A DNA stretch of 64,000 nt from Octopus sinensis (Eukaryota): assembly GCF_006345805.1 (NCBI RefSeq), contig NC_043015.1:15872001-15936000 (forward strand). Reading direction: 5' to 3'. Of this stretch, positions 39,395-49,599 are shown piece after piece (the stretch's first letter is position 1; the number at the start of each line of letters is the position of its first letter). A program made the position numbers and the translations under genes. The notes under the pieces were generated by a model. It did no database searches. It was not told the origin of the DNA and worked only from the letters and a program-made list of their open reading frames with translations.

Positions 39395-40351
39395 CATCTT
39401 CTTCATCCTCATTCAGTCAATAGGGAGAAGTTCATCTAGAATCTTTCTCTGATTTCATGACAACAGCATTTTCTTATTATGATGGCTTGGCTTATGAACA
39501 TTGAAATATCATATGACTGACATTTTATAAGAGGCTTAGATATGGCTGATCAAGATCTTTTTAACAATAATAATGAAAATATTGTTTAAACCAACTTAAA
39601 AACTGGTAGAATACTCAACAAAATTACTGTTCTTTTAGTATTTATTGACATTGACAAAAAAAAACTGGATTAAATGTATTTCATATAGAATATTGAAAAT
39701 AAAAAGAAATTCGCTCGAAAGATATATACATACTGGAAATCCTTGTTGTCCATCTTCACCTCTGTCACCTTTCATTCTGCCAATAAATAACAGTTCACCA
39801 GGCTGGCCCTAATTTTCATGAATACAGAACAATATTTCATATCAAAAGCACTATTTTTGATTAATTTGTCAACATCATGTAAATTTCTATACAGCATTAT
39901 TTGTGTTGGTGTGAATAGAACTAGTATGCTTAGTGTTTGCAAAAGAGATTCAATTTGACATATGGATAATTATTTAATTATTTGAGAATATCATTAAATA
40001 CTTGTATTCATTACATTTTCATGGAAATCTTATATATTCAATAACTACAAGTGAAATGTAGATAATTAATCAGATATTTAACTATTTGTAACTATAAAAA
40101 GAAAACCTAGGATAATATATTATCTAATGAATTAATGATAACTATTTTGACATAGAACAATCATAAAAAAACATACTTATCATTGGATATAATCATATTA
40201 CAATATTCAAAGTATCACAATTAAATATATCACTACAGAAATAACTAATTTTATTTTAAAATAAACCTACCTTAATACCATTTAAACCAGGTAAACCAAT
40301 CTCTCCAGGGCCTCCAGCAATTCCAGGCCTTCCAGGTTTTCCATCATGACC
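171..40351 (-). CDS. COL4A1: Type IV (basement-membrane) collagen, alpha1-like chain; 21 internal exons, 2515 nt (~838 codons); partial at both ends
   Basis: 21 Gly-X-Y exons with AG acceptors and GT (one GC) donors join in one frame with matching phases. The triple helix has many short interruptions, including [13 protein letters not shown]. The alpha1-type call rests on recalled resemblance to nematode EMB-9 (GKRGKDG, GERGEDCGYC) and vertebrate alpha1 (CxxC interruption); it needs BLAST and the NC1 domain to confirm. Confidence 0.85.
398..608. mobile_element. ~215-bp Tc1/mariner-type MITE; other copies at ~26018-26190 (partial) and ~37031-37252
   Basis: Inverted termini gtgctgaaaagttcctggcttt / aaagccaggaacttttcagcac (degenerate in this copy); the internal sequence is shared by three copies in the window. 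Confidence 0.7.
1890..2030 (+). mobile_element. RTE-clade LINE 3' fragment (degenerate)
   Basis: Reads [26 protein letters not shown], resembling the RTE ORF C-terminus (KxDL...DRxxWR). Confidence 0.5.
2685..2855 (-). CDS. COL4A1: Collagen IV exon (171 nt, phase 1/1)
   Basis: tttaag|(G)[30 protein letters not shown]...GPRGSD-G|gtttgt. Confidence 0.9.
3229..4099 (-). mobile_element. Internally deleted, decayed mariner element
   Basis: ORF 3649..3879 [14 protein letters not shown]...VYEWF...FEDQPRSG is a mariner HTH; inverted ends gaggggacccaaaagaaaccagaa / ttctggttacttttgggacacccc. Confidence 0.8.
4685..4798 (-). CDS. COL4A1: Collagen IV exon (114 nt, phase 1/1)
   Basis: tttaag|(G)[38 protein letters not shown]|gtatgg. 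Confidence 0.92.
5930..6290 (-). mobile_element. CR1/L2-like LINE reverse-transcriptase remnant
   Basis: FHADDT motif followed by NFNDISS...[10 protein letters not shown], resembling LNxDL...NLVxFNxSKTQ; heavily decayed. Confidence 0.4.
8140..10230 (+). mobile_element. Penelope-like element, family 1 (RT plus GIY-YIG endonuclease), degenerate
   Basis: ITIKDHK...[50 protein letters not shown], then IYKCIVT...[10 protein letters not shown] and CLLCTTE...KCRHRN; multiple stops and frameshifts. Confidence 0.85.
10830..13233 (-). mobile_element. Penelope-like element, family 2, 5'-truncated, with inverted pseudo-LTRs
   Basis: RT segments [17 protein letters not shown] and YSRYVDD; GIY-YIG segment VVYSIRC...TYV..TARSIGE...H; 10913-11394 and 12793-13233 are inverted copies of the terminal repeat. 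Confidence 0.88.
10992..11036 (-). ncRNA. Minimal type I hammerhead-ribozyme-like motif in the Penelope pseudo-LTR; second, mutated copy at 13110-13154 (+)
   Basis: GGACCA-CTGATGA-G-GTCAC agaagt GTGAC-GAAA-G aa C-TC-TGGCC: core boxes, 5-bp stem II, 2-bp stem III, imperfect stem I. Confidence 0.5.
13560..14060 (+). mobile_element. RTE-clade LINE reverse-transcriptase fragment
   Basis: [11 protein letters not shown]...[52 protein letters not shown]. Confidence 0.85.
14061..14210 (+). mobile_element. 3' end plus TIR of the mariner family present near-complete at 54638-55890
   Basis: aacgaggtattgaaaatcttgttgaac...gggaacttagttgctaacccaa closely matches 55742-55890. Confidence 0.85.
14535..14652 (-). 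CDS. COL4A1: Collagen IV exon (118 nt, phase 0/1)
   Basis: tcaaag|[40 protein letters not shown]|gtagga. Confidence 0.92.
14890..15300 (+). mobile_element. RTE-clade LINE 3' fragment
   Basis: SILGISY...KWTP...[15 protein letters not shown]...[13 protein letters not shown]. Confidence 0.65.
16986..17200 (-). CDS. COL4A1: Collagen IV exon (215 nt, phase 1/0)
   Basis: ttgcag|(G)LDGRPGSEG...[12 protein letters not shown]|gtgagt; matches ORF 16920..17237. Confidence 0.93.
17339..17422 (-). CDS. COL4A1: Collagen IV exon (84 nt, phase 1/1)
   Basis: ttatag|(G)[28 protein letters not shown]|gtatgt. Confidence 0.92.
18593..18758 (-). CDS. COL4A1: Collagen IV exon (166 nt, phase 0/1)
   Basis: gattag|[13 protein letters not shown]...[18 protein letters not shown]|gtatca. 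Confidence 0.92.
20116..20307 (-). CDS. COL4A1: Collagen IV exon (192 nt, phase 0/0)
   Basis: acttag|[29 protein letters not shown]...GPAGYPGET|gttatt. Confidence 0.92.
20528..20625 (-). CDS. COL4A1: Collagen IV exon (98 nt, phase 1/0)
   Basis: ttgcag|(G)[32 protein letters not shown]|gtaaat. Confidence 0.92.
21510..21590 (-). CDS. COL4A1: Collagen IV exon with CxxC interruption (81 nt, phase 1/1)
   Basis: tcgtag|(G)[27 protein letters not shown]|gtatgg. Confidence 0.9.
21724..22032 (-). CDS. COL4A1: Collagen IV exon (309 nt, phase 1/1)
   Basis: tgatag|(G)[15 protein letters not shown]...GIRGDLG...[13 protein letters not shown]|gtaaga; matches ORF 21671..22045. Confidence 0.93.
23287..23409 (-). 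CDS. COL4A1: Collagen IV exon (123 nt, phase 1/1)
   Basis: caacag|(G)[41 protein letters not shown]|gtaaat. Confidence 0.92.
24830..25150 (-). mobile_element. RTE-clade RT fragment
   Basis: [10 protein letters not shown]...[12 protein letters not shown]...[11 protein letters not shown]. Confidence 0.6.
25324..25955. mobile_element. tRNA-derived SINE (+, ~25324-25600) followed by an RTE-like 3' end (-, ~25625-25955) with an internal ~65-bp tandem duplication
   Basis: Head ggcgcatggcttagtggtt...gggttcaatt; (CAT)n tail followed by cgtttaaggtccgctttccatgctggcatggg; ttttacatgccacc unit repeated. Confidence 0.5.
26401..26482 (-). CDS. COL4A1: Collagen IV exon (82 nt, phase 0/1)
   Basis: ctgtag|[28 protein letters not shown]|gtaaac. 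Confidence 0.9.
27441..27512 (-). CDS. COL4A1: Collagen IV exon (72 nt, phase 0/0)
   Basis: ttacag|[24 protein letters not shown]|gtaagt. Confidence 0.92.
27721..27819 (-). CDS. COL4A1: Collagen IV exon (99 nt, phase 0/0) with GC donor
   Basis: ttacag|[33 protein letters not shown]|gcaagt; the GC donor is the one that keeps frame with the next exon. Confidence 0.88.
28357..28419 (-). CDS. COL4A1: Collagen IV exon (63 nt, phase 0/0)
   Basis: cggcag|[21 protein letters not shown]|gtaagc. Confidence 0.92.
29098..31044 (+). mobile_element. pogo/Tigger-like DNA transposon, internally deleted and inactive
   Basis: CENP-B-type HTH (LYDWF...KANTIA...FKASKGW), DDE segment LLDNCSSH...[16 protein letters not shown]; imperfect TIRs containing ctgctttata(a)atcc. 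Confidence 0.85.
31521..31652 (-). CDS. COL4A1: Collagen IV exon (132 nt, phase 0/0)
   Basis: ttaaag|[44 protein letters not shown]|gttaaa. Confidence 0.92.
31800..32550 (+). mobile_element. Diverged 3' fragment of a Penelope element related to family 2
   Basis: [16 protein letters not shown]...NNINVKVL parallels ORF 11364..11654; terminus atctgtttcaacaca...tttcacatc...tcttgcaaaacaaata matches the reverse complement of 10830-10880. Confidence 0.7.
33127..33213 (-). CDS. COL4A1: Collagen IV exon (87 nt, phase 0/0)
   Basis: taacag|[29 protein letters not shown]|gtaaat. Confidence 0.92.
35982..36044 (-). CDS. COL4A1: Collagen IV exon (63 nt, phase 0/0)
   Basis: ttgtag|[21 protein letters not shown]|gtaggt. 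Confidence 0.9.
37563..38908 (-). mobile_element. R4/Dong-like (R2-superfamily) non-LTR retrotransposon fragment, truncated at both ends
   Basis: [18 protein letters not shown] (YMDD mutated), [22 protein letters not shown]...[10 protein letters not shown] (CCHC) and RHD; two in-frame TGA stops and one frameshift; endonuclease domain missing. Confidence 0.85.
38944..39363 (+). mobile_element. Two tandem copies of SINE family A separated by (TTA)n; other copies ~47170-47370, ~54210-54400, ~57920-58100
   Basis: Shared head aaggcagcaagctagcagaattgttagca and body gcctttcatc.tttc.gggt..ataaattaag; TTA-repeat tails. Confidence 0.75.
39734..39808 (-). CDS. COL4A1: Collagen IV exon (75 nt, phase 0/0)
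   Basis: aattag|[25 protein letters not shown]|gtatgt. Confidence 0.92.
40271..40351 (-). CDS. COL4A1: Collagen IV exon, most 5' found (81 nt, phase 0/0)
   Basis: ttttag|[27 protein letters not shown]|gtaggt. Confidence 0.92.
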
Positions 40352-41196
40352 CTAAAAGAATTTTTAAAAAGGGATATTAATTAGACCAAATGTTTATTCA
40401 AAACTAGCAGGCTTAACAAATGACTTTATTAATACAGAAAAATCTATTGATTTCTCTTTCTATGAGAAACTTATAAACCATTTGCTGCCAATTGAAAGCT
40501 CCACATTTCAATTGGCAGCAGGTAGAGGTTGTCGGGAAAGAATGTGCGCAGAAAAGAAGCTGATAATTTTTAACATGCTACAATGAAACTGTTTAAAGAA
40601 CCAAGAAATACATAGTAAATGTAATAATTTTATTCTAAATATAATGTCACAACTAAATTCTTAAAAATATCCCAAGCAAAATCTATCAAAGTTGCTACTT
40701 AGATATGAGCAGTCATGTATAAATTGCATAGTAACCCACTTTCTTGTTTTAGCAACAATCAAATTACTCCCCTGATGCAATATTTCAAATATATTTTACG
40801 ACAACACTGCTTTTCTTGAGTGTTAATGATTTTACTTGCTAATCACATTGAACAATAAATAATTCATCTATTATTGTACTCTTCCATTGTTATACCCCTC
40901 TATTGTTATGCCTCTCTATCGTCATACCCATCTGTTGTTATACCCATTGTCTTAATAGATTTGTGACTGCCACTGTTGACTTCTGCCACCATCTTTGAGT
41001 ATCGGTATTGTTGGAGTATATATTCTGGGTGTACTAAGTGAATGCTGCATGTCACACACACAACAGATGGTGAATTCATTAGAGGTGTTTGGCTCTTTCC
41101 ATAATATAATGACGTTTCATAATGGAAAACTCATTTTCTGTTCTGTGTTGATATGTTTTGTCATAGCACTGCTCACTCACAGCTAGTTTTATCATA

Positions 41197-42030
41197 TACT
41201 AGCTTAAGTACCCAGCATTGCTCAGAAGTTTAAAGAATGTTAAAGGAAATAAATACATTTATTCTGATAAAAAATATATTTTCAGAAAAATTCTATCAGA
41301 TGATGTGAGTATAAACAAAGTTTTTAAAACAAATTCTGAAATCAATCACAGTTTAATTTTGTAGAACTTCTAAATATACAATGTTTTCAGTGTGTCCTTT
41401 AATTGGTGTAAAAAGAAAAAAGTTTTGGGACTTCCAACTCATGAACATCCTACAGATAATTGTCCATGAGAGAAGCAAGGAGAAGCAAGGTTAAGTCTAA
41501 CAATATTGAGAGATTGTGCTTGAGAGTTGTTTATGGACATAGCAAAACGTAGTTTAACTGGGAACTGGAACCATTTAAATTCATAGAGGGGGTCAGATAG
41601 GATTAATGGGATCCATGGAATGAAGACATTGTCACCCTTATATTTCCCAAGATTAAGGACTAAACCTCTTGGTTCATTATCACAATTAAAAGGCCTTTAT
41701 CTTTACTTTTAAAAAAAAAAGGTGGGGGTTGTAAATGTATGATGGAGAATTATTCAATTTTGTGTTTGCTTCTATCAGAGTTGCTTACCTTTAAAGCGTA
41801 AAAAACAAAACCAACATATACAACAGATATGTAAAACATATTTCTGTTTTTGAAAAAAAGTTTAAAATTTAGTGACCCCTCTCCCCTTAGAACCTTCCCA
41901 AAACTATGAAAAACCTTTATGCCAAATTTGGTACAGATTGATCCAGCAGTTTGGCCATGCATAGAGAAAACACACACATACACACACTCTCACTCTCACA
42001 CATGCACACACACACAGTGAATTTTATAGA
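41197..42030 (+). mobile_element. Non-autonomous Helitron-like element (Lep1-type termini)
   Basis: 5' tactagc...tacccagcattgctc; 3' atgccaaatttggtacagattgatccagcagtttggcc plus (CA)n, resembling recalled Lep1-type ends. Confidence 0.4.
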
Positions 42031-43780
42031 CACCGTACTAACACAGAGCTGGTACAAAAAGAGGTATACCACTCTAACAATGGATAAATTAATGTAAGTC
42101 ACTCATTATCTATTTTAACTTTTCATGGCATAGAAAATATTAAGAAAATATTGACAGAACAATAGGAGGAAATTGTAGATTCAATTTCAAATCTGAGGTT
42201 GTACCAATATCCAAGTAGAAATAGTCATATCAGATTTAAATATGAAATATCACATATACTCTAGCTAATTTTATTAGGTCCATTCCACAAACAGTTATTG
42301 GAATAACTCATGTCAATATCTCTAACTTATGTCACAGGAAGATTGAACTTTAAAATTTCTATTTCTTTATATCTTTTCTCTCTTACCACTTCACAATCAT
42401 CAAATCCATTTACTTTCCCCTACTCCGCTATCCTCTATCTCACATACTTTCTGTTTGTATCTCTCTTGGTCCTATACTTTAACATTCTTTATATCTCTCT
42501 TGTAAGCTTTGCTGTCTGTCTTTGCCACTCAAATACTATTAACATCTCATTCATCTCTCTGCTTTCCTTTCTCTTTCTCTCTAGAAGTCAAGTAGTAAAA
42601 AGACTTAGAAGACTTGATTAATGAAGTCCAGCTGCTGATTATGCTGGTATGTGCCTGGGCCACAGAAATTAACATATCAGCTGATTTCAGTTTAACCAGG
42701 ATTCAAGTTTTATGGATACAAGTTCAAACTATGGTGACAACTGCGTGTCTTCATTTTTAAAGCAAGTTGCTACAAATAATGTTTCCATTACTATTCCACA
42801 AAAAAATGGTGGGCTTTGACACATGCATACATTTCATTTTGACTAACAAATAAGAATCATTCCAATCAAATTGATTCCATAATAACTACAGAGCTTCTAA
42901 ACATTTCAGTATTGTTAAAAGCCAGAGTCATGGTATCTCTGACTCCCTCAACAGGGATTCACTTTATTTGAAGAAAACAAATGATTTCTAAACCATTTGC
43001 TGAAGAAACCCAAACAAGTGAACATGGCTATTCCTTTTAGAGAAAATCACTAGAGAATGGAAGCAATGTATCAACAGAAATGATGCATTCTTGTACTTTT
43101 TGGTTTTTCTCATCAATGAAGAGATCCAAACATTCAACAAGTTGCTGTCCACTTGAAATATAGCCTACAGATATATACTTCACTACAAACACTAAGTCCA
43201 ACTAGCACAAGATCTACAGCCTCTTTCAAACTGTACTAGTATAAACCCATTGCAAAAACGTGATCTCACATCCCACCATATCATACGTAGAACAAAAAGC
43301 AAAGGCGACAAAAACCAAAGTGCTTCTACTACTGAAGGCTAACCTAACATAAGTTTTGACAATGGAAGATGGTATATTGTATATGTCAGTCAACATGAAC
43401 TTATCTTTGTATGACTTTCCTATAAAGTATGAGGTTCAAATTCATTTGGGTAGTCAACAGAATTTCTCATCACTTATAAATATATATTTCATACTTAGAT
43501 TTCTGGATAGTGATGCCCAGTGGGTTACAACATGGTCAAAAGTTTTTTCTATTTCAAAGAGCCAAGGGATTTTGGGTTCTTTTTGCCTCACCACTAAAAT
43601 GCTGTGAACCATCTAATCCACTTCAACTTGGGCCAAGTATTAGGATAGCATTGCTGAAGATTTCAAGTATCAAGTGTAACAGATGTACCCCAGTATAGAA
43701 AAGGGGGAAATTTACAGTGGAGCAATCATGGGAACTTCTTGAAATTGTTTGGTTTAAATCATCTGTTAATGTTTGTGTGT

Positions 43781-43822
43781 GGGGTGGGGAGTGTGTGGGG
43801 TGGGGAGTGTGTGGGGGTGGGG
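43781..43822 (+). repeat. 3x 16-17-bp G-rich tandem repeat, G-quadruplex-capable
   Basis: (ggggtggggagtgtgt)x3, six runs of four or more G. Confidence 0.7.
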
Positions 43823-44500
43823 AGTGTGTGTGTGTGTGTGCATGTGTAAGTTACTATACTTACATGTAAATACACACATATATCTAGAAAAGTTGGAAAT
43901 GTACTTAGAATAAGGTATATTTACATTTACTTTCACTTAACCAGTTTCATAATATCATGATTTTCAAAAGTAGTGTGAAACAGAGCTAGCTGGAGTTATA
44001 TTTGTGTGAAAAGAACTTAGCTGTCTATCATTCAGTGCCCTATGGCCAAATGATAAGAAAAAAGGTTCACTTTGCAACCACAAGGTCTCAGTTTTGGTTC
44101 CATTTCATGGCATCTTGCACAGATGTCATTCTCTGTTGTCTCTAGTCACCCCATATCGTAAAAGGAAAACCAAGTGCACAAAAAGTGTTTAGAAACCCAT
44201 CAGATGGATTACACCTGTAAATCAAAGGTGCAGCCTTAATACTCAGTCATTCTGCCTAAAAATAAATAGTTCAGTTTAATTAATCAACTGAGTCTACATC
44301 GTTGAGCATACATACATGCATACATACCTGCATACATGCTTGCATACATACATCTGTGTATACACACATGCATACATAGATACATACATGTATGCATACA
44401 CACATACATACACACACACACAAAGAAACACATGCAAACACACACACAAATACATACACACACACATACACAAAGAAACCTTCATACAAACACATACATA

Positions 44501-44940
44501 CAGGGTTTGACCAAAAAGAACTGAACTTTTAAATCAATGCACCAGCCAGTGCAGCATGGTTGAAACTCCAGAGCTATATGTAGGCAGTCTTGTTCTACAG
44601 TCTAATAATAATTACATCATATCACGTTCATTAGTCATCAATCTATATGTGACAGGGTGAATACATGCCTCATTATATGGTGATTTATTGCATATTGAAC
44701 AGTAATGGATTTGAATGATCAGCATTGTGTAGAATTCTGTTTCAAATTGAGAGATAACATTGCAAGAGGCTTACGAGGATGATTATTTGAGAAGTATACA
44801 AAGCCAAGATTGGTGCCAGCATTTCAGATTAGGAAGCACAGCCATCGAAGGCTTCTCTCACATTGCATAAGTAGTTGTTGTGAGTTGTGAAAATCATAGA
44901 TTTGACAGTCAGTGAACTTTTTAAAGAAGTAGACAACTAT
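44501..44940 (+). mobile_element. Decayed mariner 5' fragment
   Basis: TA then cagggtttgaccaaaaagaactgaactttt; MDLNDQHCVEFCFKL...LQEAYEDD..DWCQHFR resembles a mariner HTH. Confidence 0.6.
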
Positions 44941-45186
44941 AATCACTCCCTACTAGAGATAATCAGTGCACAGATTTGTAACCCATTTATTTTGCTTTCA
45001 TCCTTTGGAATGACATAAACCTTGTTAATATTAATTTTCTGTTCACTGTGTCTATGAATATATATATATATTTTTTTTAGCTCAATTCAGTGAGAAAGGT
45101 TCTTAGCAATGGCCTGATATGCTACAAGGAGCAACCAAATTTCTTTCAAATAACTCAGTCTTAACAGAATATGTAGTCTTATACAT

Positions 45187-45227
<41 letters not shown>

Positions 45228-46412
45228 CTGAAAAAAGATCAAGGTGTTTACTGCAAGAGCATTTATATGCATGGTGCTCCCACCTTGGTCATAATGGCTA
45301 AAATAAACTAAAGTATGCCCACTAATGTCAACTTTACTATGAAAAACTAAAGATCTTCATAATATTGATCTGAAGCTAAATAATATATTATATATTCCTA
45401 GAAATAGTACGTCACTAATATACTATATTTTTTAATGACTATATAGAATTTTTTCTCTATTATAAAATGCAATTTTAAATACATGAATTATCATCAAACA
45501 TGAATTATTGCCAAACAAACAACTGTTAATATATATCGCAACAATATTATAAAATTTGTGTAAATTAGACCATTTATTGATAGTCCAAGAGTTAAATAAT
45601 TTTTATAAGGAAATGATAACATAACTTATTTGGTAGAACAGTCGTTCAAGGCAGCAACATCTTTATAATAAGTCTTCGATACACAATGAACAGGGATTGC
45701 TTATATTTTTATATGAACATAGTTTGCTTAGAGTGATGTCTGGGCGAAACGCGAGCTGTTGTTCCTTCTTGTAAACAAGACCATTAAAACAGACTCTCAT
45801 ATGTCAAAGAATGCATTAGTGTCTAATTTCCATATGTGGCAAGCTGACTTAGTGACTAACAGAAAATCTGGAAGATGAAGCTGTTGAAACTCTTCGTTCT
45901 CACACCTACACAAAAACTGATAAAATCTTCTAAGTAGGTTGATTTGAGGCTACAAGTCCTAACCTCCCTCATTGCAAGTTAACAACAGAACTAGCTAGTA
46001 TTTGTTTCAAGAGGTGACTATTGCCACCCAAATCTCATCTGGTTATTACAGGAATTTTTGTTAAAAGCATTAAAATTGATAAGTGCCTTAATTAGAGTAG
46101 ATAGAAAAGAATACCAGCCTCCAGGCAACCATCCAGAGAATGGTGTTTGTGCTAATTGGTGACGACTTTTGTCTGAGACAAAGTCTTAAAAGATATTCAG
46201 TCAGTCTAAATTTGTGAGCTACATTATTCGTTACAATGATCAATTTGTTCTTCATCTATAGATGCTTTATGATAGAATTATAGATTATGTTCTATCTAAA
46301 CCCAGGAAATGTATAATAATGGTTGTACAAAGTTACTATGAGAGATAGAAATACCATTTTGATTCTTGCATGTTCTTCATTTAATGGTGGAAGTATGAGA
46401 CAAAAATCAGTA

Positions 46413-46859
46413 CAGTAATCCTTCAATTATCAAGGATGTTATGTCCCCAAAATCCCCTAAGATAGGTGAAAATCTGTGTTGTATATTTAAAAAAATTTTT
46501 ATAATTTGTTTATATTTATTTCATTATAAATGCAAAACAACACCACACACTTGCCTCCCGAGTTCCATTTTCCATACAGTATGTACCATTTTTTTTGTTT
46601 ACTCATCTATGGTACACATTGTATTTTCTTTTAATATATTTTAGTTAATGTGTTATACAGTTCAGTACTGTACTGTCGTTTTTATTTATTAATTTTTAGG
46701 CATGAAAATGCTTATTTTATCATAGAAATAGTTAAAATCTAAAAAAATATAAATACCTATTGATCACAGAAACCTGCAATATACTGAGGAGGCCATGATG
46801 TAAATTTACATCTGTGATGTACTGATGGCACGATATGTGAACCATGATACTGATTACTG
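46413..46859. mobile_element. Tigger/pogo-type MITE
   Basis: TA|cagtaatc ... gattactg|TA termini. Confidence 0.65.
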
Positions 46860-47693
46860 TACTTCAACATTTGAAAAATAGGCAAAATCAAGAGATTCAG
46901 TAAACTTTGTGATAAAAGGTTCAAACAAGGTTGTTTTGACAAAAGAATGATTTAGACAGGAAGTAGATGAGATGATCAAAACGAAAGGATAATTTTGAGA
47001 ATGAGGCAAGGAATGTACAAATGGAGGACTAAGTAAGAGGTGGTAGGTGTGATGTGCATGCACAAGCACACACATACACAATGATGTGTGTGTGTGTGTG
47101 CATGTATACACACATACATACAAACATACACACACACACATTGTTCTTACATCCATTATAATAGGAATTAAGGCAGCAAAGTGGCTGAATCGTTAGAGCA
47201 TCAGGAAAATAATTGCCATTTAGCACTTGTTCTGGTACTCTAAGTTCAAAATTCTGCTGAAGTCAACTTTGCTTCTCATCCTTCCAGGGCTGGTAAGATA
47301 AAGTAACAGTCAAGTACTGGATTGATGAAATTATCTCTCCCCATCCCCTTAAAATAGCTGGCCTTGTTTGTGCCTCTATCAAATACCATAATTATTAGCA
47401 ACATTAGAGAAATGTCAAGAGGTCATTGCTTAACACCTTTTCTTTTTTATCTTTTCTTCCTTTTACTCTGGATTGTGACCATACTGGGGCACCACTCTGT
47501 AAGATTTTAGTCAAACAAATCAACCATTTTATGTTTTCGTTTTTTTTAAAGCCTCATACTTATTCTTTTGGTCAACTAAATTAATTTCTCATTGCCAACA
47601 ACTGACAAGTCAACTTAACCGTGGTAGCATGTCTTACATCATATCATACATTTTATGCAACTACTGATGTTGAAAAATTTAGCATGTCATATA

Positions 47694-48255
47694 TGAGGTC
47701 TGATTGAAAAGTGTCAGGACTGTTGCTATGGTAACAGAGTTAAGGTACAAAGAGTGAAACCACTAGACACAGATTGACTTTGAACTCAGTTGTATAACCA
47801 AGTTATAACATTCTTACTGACTTCTGTTATTTATAGCTTGTACTTATAGTGTGTTATTTAAAGTGTGTAGAGTGTGATCATCACAAGAAGAAAATTGGGC
47901 TTCAGCCATACAAGATCTTCTTGATTGTGTCAAGGGAGATGAAAACTTTTTGAGAACAGTCAGGACAGGTGATGAATCATGGGCCTTTGACTATGACCCT
48001 GAAACCAAGGCATAAGTAAAAGCCAGCATGAAAGGAACAAGATTTCAAGATGCTGAGGAAATTCAAGAGAATACAACAAGGCAACTGCTTTCTATCCTGA
48101 AAAATAGAGTTCCAGGAATGCTTCCATCAGTGGAAACAATGCTGAATAGAGTGTGTAACTTTGGAAGGGGACTACTTCAAATGAAATTAAATGTCGAATC
48201 GGTATATGTTGTTCTTTTTATAGCACCAGTCCTGATACTTTTTGATCAGACCTAT
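47694..48255 (+). mobile_element. Internally deleted mariner (~560 bp)
   Basis: TIRs tgaggtctgattgaaaagtgtcaggactg / cagtcctgatactttttgatcagacct; TGDESWAFDYDPETK and KGTRFQDAEEIQ motifs. Confidence 0.85.
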
Positions 48256-48899
48256 GACAACTTACAAGGGAAACATGAGCTATGTATATGACATTTTATG
48301 ACATTAGAGATACCCCCCCCCATTTCATCCCCCAACCCCAACCTTTTAAAAATGTGATATTAAAAGAAAGTTATGCATTATTACAGTCACTAAATGAAAC
48401 TGAACTTTCAAAAAATTAAGGTCAGCGTCAGCTTACTTGATAAAATTTTAATTTATTAAAATTACTCCCACATCTAGGAGAAAGAATCAGATTAACAATC
48501 AGATTATCAAAAAGGCAGGGGAGACAACCCTGAAACTTAATTATAGAAATCATTCAGTCATACATAATTTTAAAAAAATTTGGGCGGGGGTGGGGGTGGG
48601 AGGTATATATGTTACAGACTTCAACATAAAATGTTATGGAAACTTTTTTTGCAGCCTGTTCCATGAGAAGAAATACGAAATCAGTGTTCCATGATAACAA
48701 ACACTATAGTCATTGGTTTGGCTATTATTGAACTGGAGTGAAACTTTTTTGACACTAATGACACTTGTATTGTAATATGAAAGATATATTCAATTTTCAG
48801 TTGATTTCTGCTAGTAGGAGAGATGAAAGAAATAAAAGTACAGTCAATCATTTTCATATCCCTTCATCATTCTATTTACTAGCTCGTCATTCTAATTTT

Positions 48900-49157
48900 T
48901 TTTTATTTTATGGGCCCTTTTCAAGCCTAGCCAGGCTCATGGGCCCGGTTTCCCGGTTTCTGTGGCGTATGTGTCCCGCCCACCCCAGCTGGACGGTACG
49001 CCAGTCCATTGCAGCGTTATCCAAGAAACAGGAAGAAAGAGTGAGAGCTTTAGGTGTTTTCGCTCAATAAACACACATAACGCCCAGTCTGGGAATCGAA
49101 ACCGCGATCCTCCGACCGCGAGTTCGCTGCCCTAACCACTGGACCATTGCGCCTCCA
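48900..49157 (-). mobile_element. Young tRNA-derived SINE, family C
   Basis: A box TGGTCCAGTGG, B box GGTTTCGATTCC, A-rich tail; CpGs intact; homologous to 50721-50950. Confidence 0.85.
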
Positions 49158-49599
49158 CACACGTCATTTTAATTACTAGCTCATTATTTATAAAACGAGG
49201 AATTACGATGAATGAATGAATAGATCAAATGTTTGAAATTTGTCAGAAACGTCATGAATTCGAATTTCTTCCATTGCTCTCTCAAACATCTCATAGAGAT
49301 CTCCATTGGAATTGAAAGCAGGTAATACGGCGGAGGTATTTGTGGTTATTCTTGGATCACTCTAAGTCGGCTCTGGTCGACCAGATCTATGATCAAAGCT
49401 AGCCACCCGACTTTTTATTTGGACAGAGCCCTCCAGATTACATTATCTAATGTATTCGTTTCAGGCAGATGAGATGATGTAATCTGAGGGAAATTTGGCT
49501 CTGTTCTTAGCAGAACAAGCGATAGCACAAATATTCCATCAGTATGATTGTCGGTGCCGAGATTAAGGTTTTGATACGAGAACAGAATAGAATTGTAGT

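Noticed and set aside
42600-43760. Coding-looking stretch (e.g. minus-strand GYISSGQQLVECLDLFIDEKNQKVQE)
   Set aside because: Frames are broken by stops, the acceptor is weak and only a vague hAT-transposase resemblance was seen; a TBLASTX search would be needed.
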